From Pecten maximus (lineage: Eukaryota): a stretch of 64,000 nucleotides of DNA. Location: NCBI RefSeq assembly GCF_902652985.1, contig NC_047021.1, positions 35,216,001 through 35,280,000 on the forward strand, read 5' to 3'. Every line of letters begins with the position of its first letter. The first letter of the stretch is position 1. Shown here piece by piece: positions 61,940 to 64,000 of the stretch. The notes under the pieces were generated by a model. The model saw only the letters and a program-made list of their open reading frames with translations. It ran no database searches and was not told the origin of the DNA. The position numbers were made by a program, and so were the translations under genes.

Positions 61940-63660
61940 GTATGTGTACCAAACAGTTATATAAAATATACAGTCAATATCAGAATTTCTCCAATTTTTT
62001 TGTCTGAGAACTTTGAAATCAATTTCTAATAAAATAGCTTTATCTAAATAAGAAAATTAGACTAAACATTTTTTATAAGAAATTTATCAATATATTTGAA
62101 ATGAGACATCATCATCCTACTAACTATAAAGGAAATACATGGTAAAGGTTTGGTACTTTTTACTATATTGTATTTGTCATGTACTTTATTATTAGACCTT
62201 AACAAAATTTGCGAATAAATATACATTATTTCACAAAGAATCAGAAATATAATGCATATATCCCAGAGTACATGTAGCCTATAATTTATTTTTTCAGGCA
62301 TAAAAAAACCCTTCCAAAATTGGTGTTGTTTTGTCATTGTTTTTCTTTCTGGTTTTGAAGAAATTCTGATGATGGCTATATATTTTGCAATAAAAGCAGG
62401 AACATCCTTGCATGTGATTCATTTGAATGAGAAACACATAGTTAATTTCATGTACATATATCAATGTAAGCAACTGGGTTAAACACCAAATTGTTCATTA
62501 ATTAACCTTTTCATATAGTGAAGCAAGAACATTTCAGCACATGGTTCCTGTTACAAATTTAGCTTATGACTGATGGTTAATTGGATTTTGTTTTTTAAAT
62601 GTGTTCAATTCACAAAATGAAGTTGTACGGTTGTTGAGTTTATGCTGTATTAAACTGGAATGTACTTATTTCCATTTATTGTTATATCCACACCTAGCTA
62701 TTTCAGTTAACCTTTGATTAGACTTTGTTGATTATTTGTACAATTACAATGTTGAAGTTTTCCATCTAGTTGAGTGTAATGAAGCAATTAAATTCATGCA
62801 TTGCCCCATTTTTTGGTTCTGAATTATTTTCTGTTTTTTTTTTTTTTGTTTTTTTTTTTGTATTTTTTTTTTTTGCATTTGTTGAATGCTATGAAAATGC
62901 AAATAATTTATCATACATAAACAATTTAATTCTCACACATTTCCTTTCATTCAATGAATATATGAAATGATATTAAACAGCAGGTTTTAGTATGGTTATG
63001 TCAAATTGACCCACTATTGAAGTCTCAATTATGTCTGTTTTATATAGATACATATGTAAATATGAGCATTGTTTAGAAGTGATTGAAAAAAGAAAAGAAG
63101 GCACTATATATATGTATAGAGGTCTTAGATTGGAAAGTAAGATATATGAGAGAGAGAGAGTTCAAGTAGTATAACTATGTATATGAAAATATACATTTAT
63201 AAAATATTTTAAAGTTATGTGTTCATATTTTGGCAAAAACTGGGGACAGGGTATAAACATGCAATATTAATTAACTTTTTCCATTTTTTTGATCCAGTAA
63301 GAAATTTCAATAAAGAAAATTCACCTTTGTTTGAAGCAATACGTATATATACATTTCTGAGTATGATATGTACATGTATCTTTGATAAGGTTCTTAAGTG
63401 CAGCTACTGACCGTGATGTTATTGTTTTATAATTAAAATTATGGTATTACATTACATTATCTACTCTACAACTAATACTATTTTGATTAAAATAAACCAA
63501 AAATGCATGTTTCCTTGTTTAAACCAAAAGGGATGAACTTTGCCTCAAGAAATAACTAAAAAATATTACGTTCCTCTTTTATGCTTCTGAATATTTCTAA
63601 GTTTAAGGATATATATGGATAACTAATCAAAGTATTTAAAGTATTGGACATACGGTATGC

Positions 63661-64000
63661 TTTTTAGCTCACCTGGCCCGAAGGGCCGGTGAGCTTATGG
63701 CATGGCGCAGCGTCCGTCGTCCGTCGTCCGTCCGTCCGTCAACTTTTCCTTTAAATCGCTACTAGTCCTAAACTACTCAGTGGATTTTGACCAAATTTGG
63801 TCTGAAGCATCCTTGGGTGAAGGGAAACCAATTTTGTATAAACGGTGGGTCTGGCCCCCCAGGGGTCTTAGGGGCGGGGCCCAATAGGGGAAATATAGCA
63901 AATTCTTTAAAATCCTTCTTCTTCTGTAGAAATGAAGGGTTTTGATTCATATTTGGTCTGAAGCATCCTTGGGTGAAGGGGAACCAATTTTGTATAAACG
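63661..64000 (+). mobile_element. Helentron-associated HINE/DINE-1-like element, 5' part
   Basis: TTTTTAGCTCACCTGGCCCGAAGGGCCGGTGAGCT hairpin, (GTCC)n microsatellite, then ~156-bp internal repeats (TTTGGTCTGAAGCATCCTTGGGTGAAGGG twice). Confidence 0.75.

Larger units (their letters stand above)
57318..64000 (+). mobile_element. Probable Ginger (Gypsy-integrase-like) DNA transposon, right end outside window
   Basis: Homology to unit B ends abruptly after GACACGT and new sequence starts with TGTAGCG (TGT terminus). Internal exon 61792-61939 resembles the N-terminus of GIN/Ginger integrases. Confidence 0.45.

Overview
AT-rich animal genomic DNA. The TRIM, fibrinogen-domain, V-SINE and HINE content points to a bivalve mollusc (inference). 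The window is a tandem segmental duplication with about four partly preserved units: A ~1-11.5 kb, B ~11.8-29.7 kb, C ~35.4-53.3 kb and D ~53.8-57.3 kb. The repeated cassette carries a sulfotransferase first exon, a fibrinogen-related (FReD) last exon, a tRNA-Cys gene split by a V-type SINE, a shared upstream block, and an intronless RING/B-box/coiled-coil/beta-propeller TRIM gene. One TRIM is intact (7545-9554), one is broken at the start of the propeller, and two are 3' fragments that each abut the same 37-bp G-rich minisatellite. Mobile elements inserted into individual units, so sister units show the empty sites. These include a full-length 11.1-kb ISL2EU-type (PHIS) DNA transposon (39077-50220) with AT TSD, ~80-bp TIRs, a THAP-HTH-DDE transposase and a convergent 6-exon SWIM+YqaJ nuclease gene. 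There is also a 5'-truncated Ngaro/DIRS tyrosine-recombinase retroelement (RNase H, YR, SGNH), a probable Ginger transposon from 57318, plus MITEs, HINEs and several minisatellites. Two assembly gaps are present. All calls come from reading the sequence; no database searches were run.
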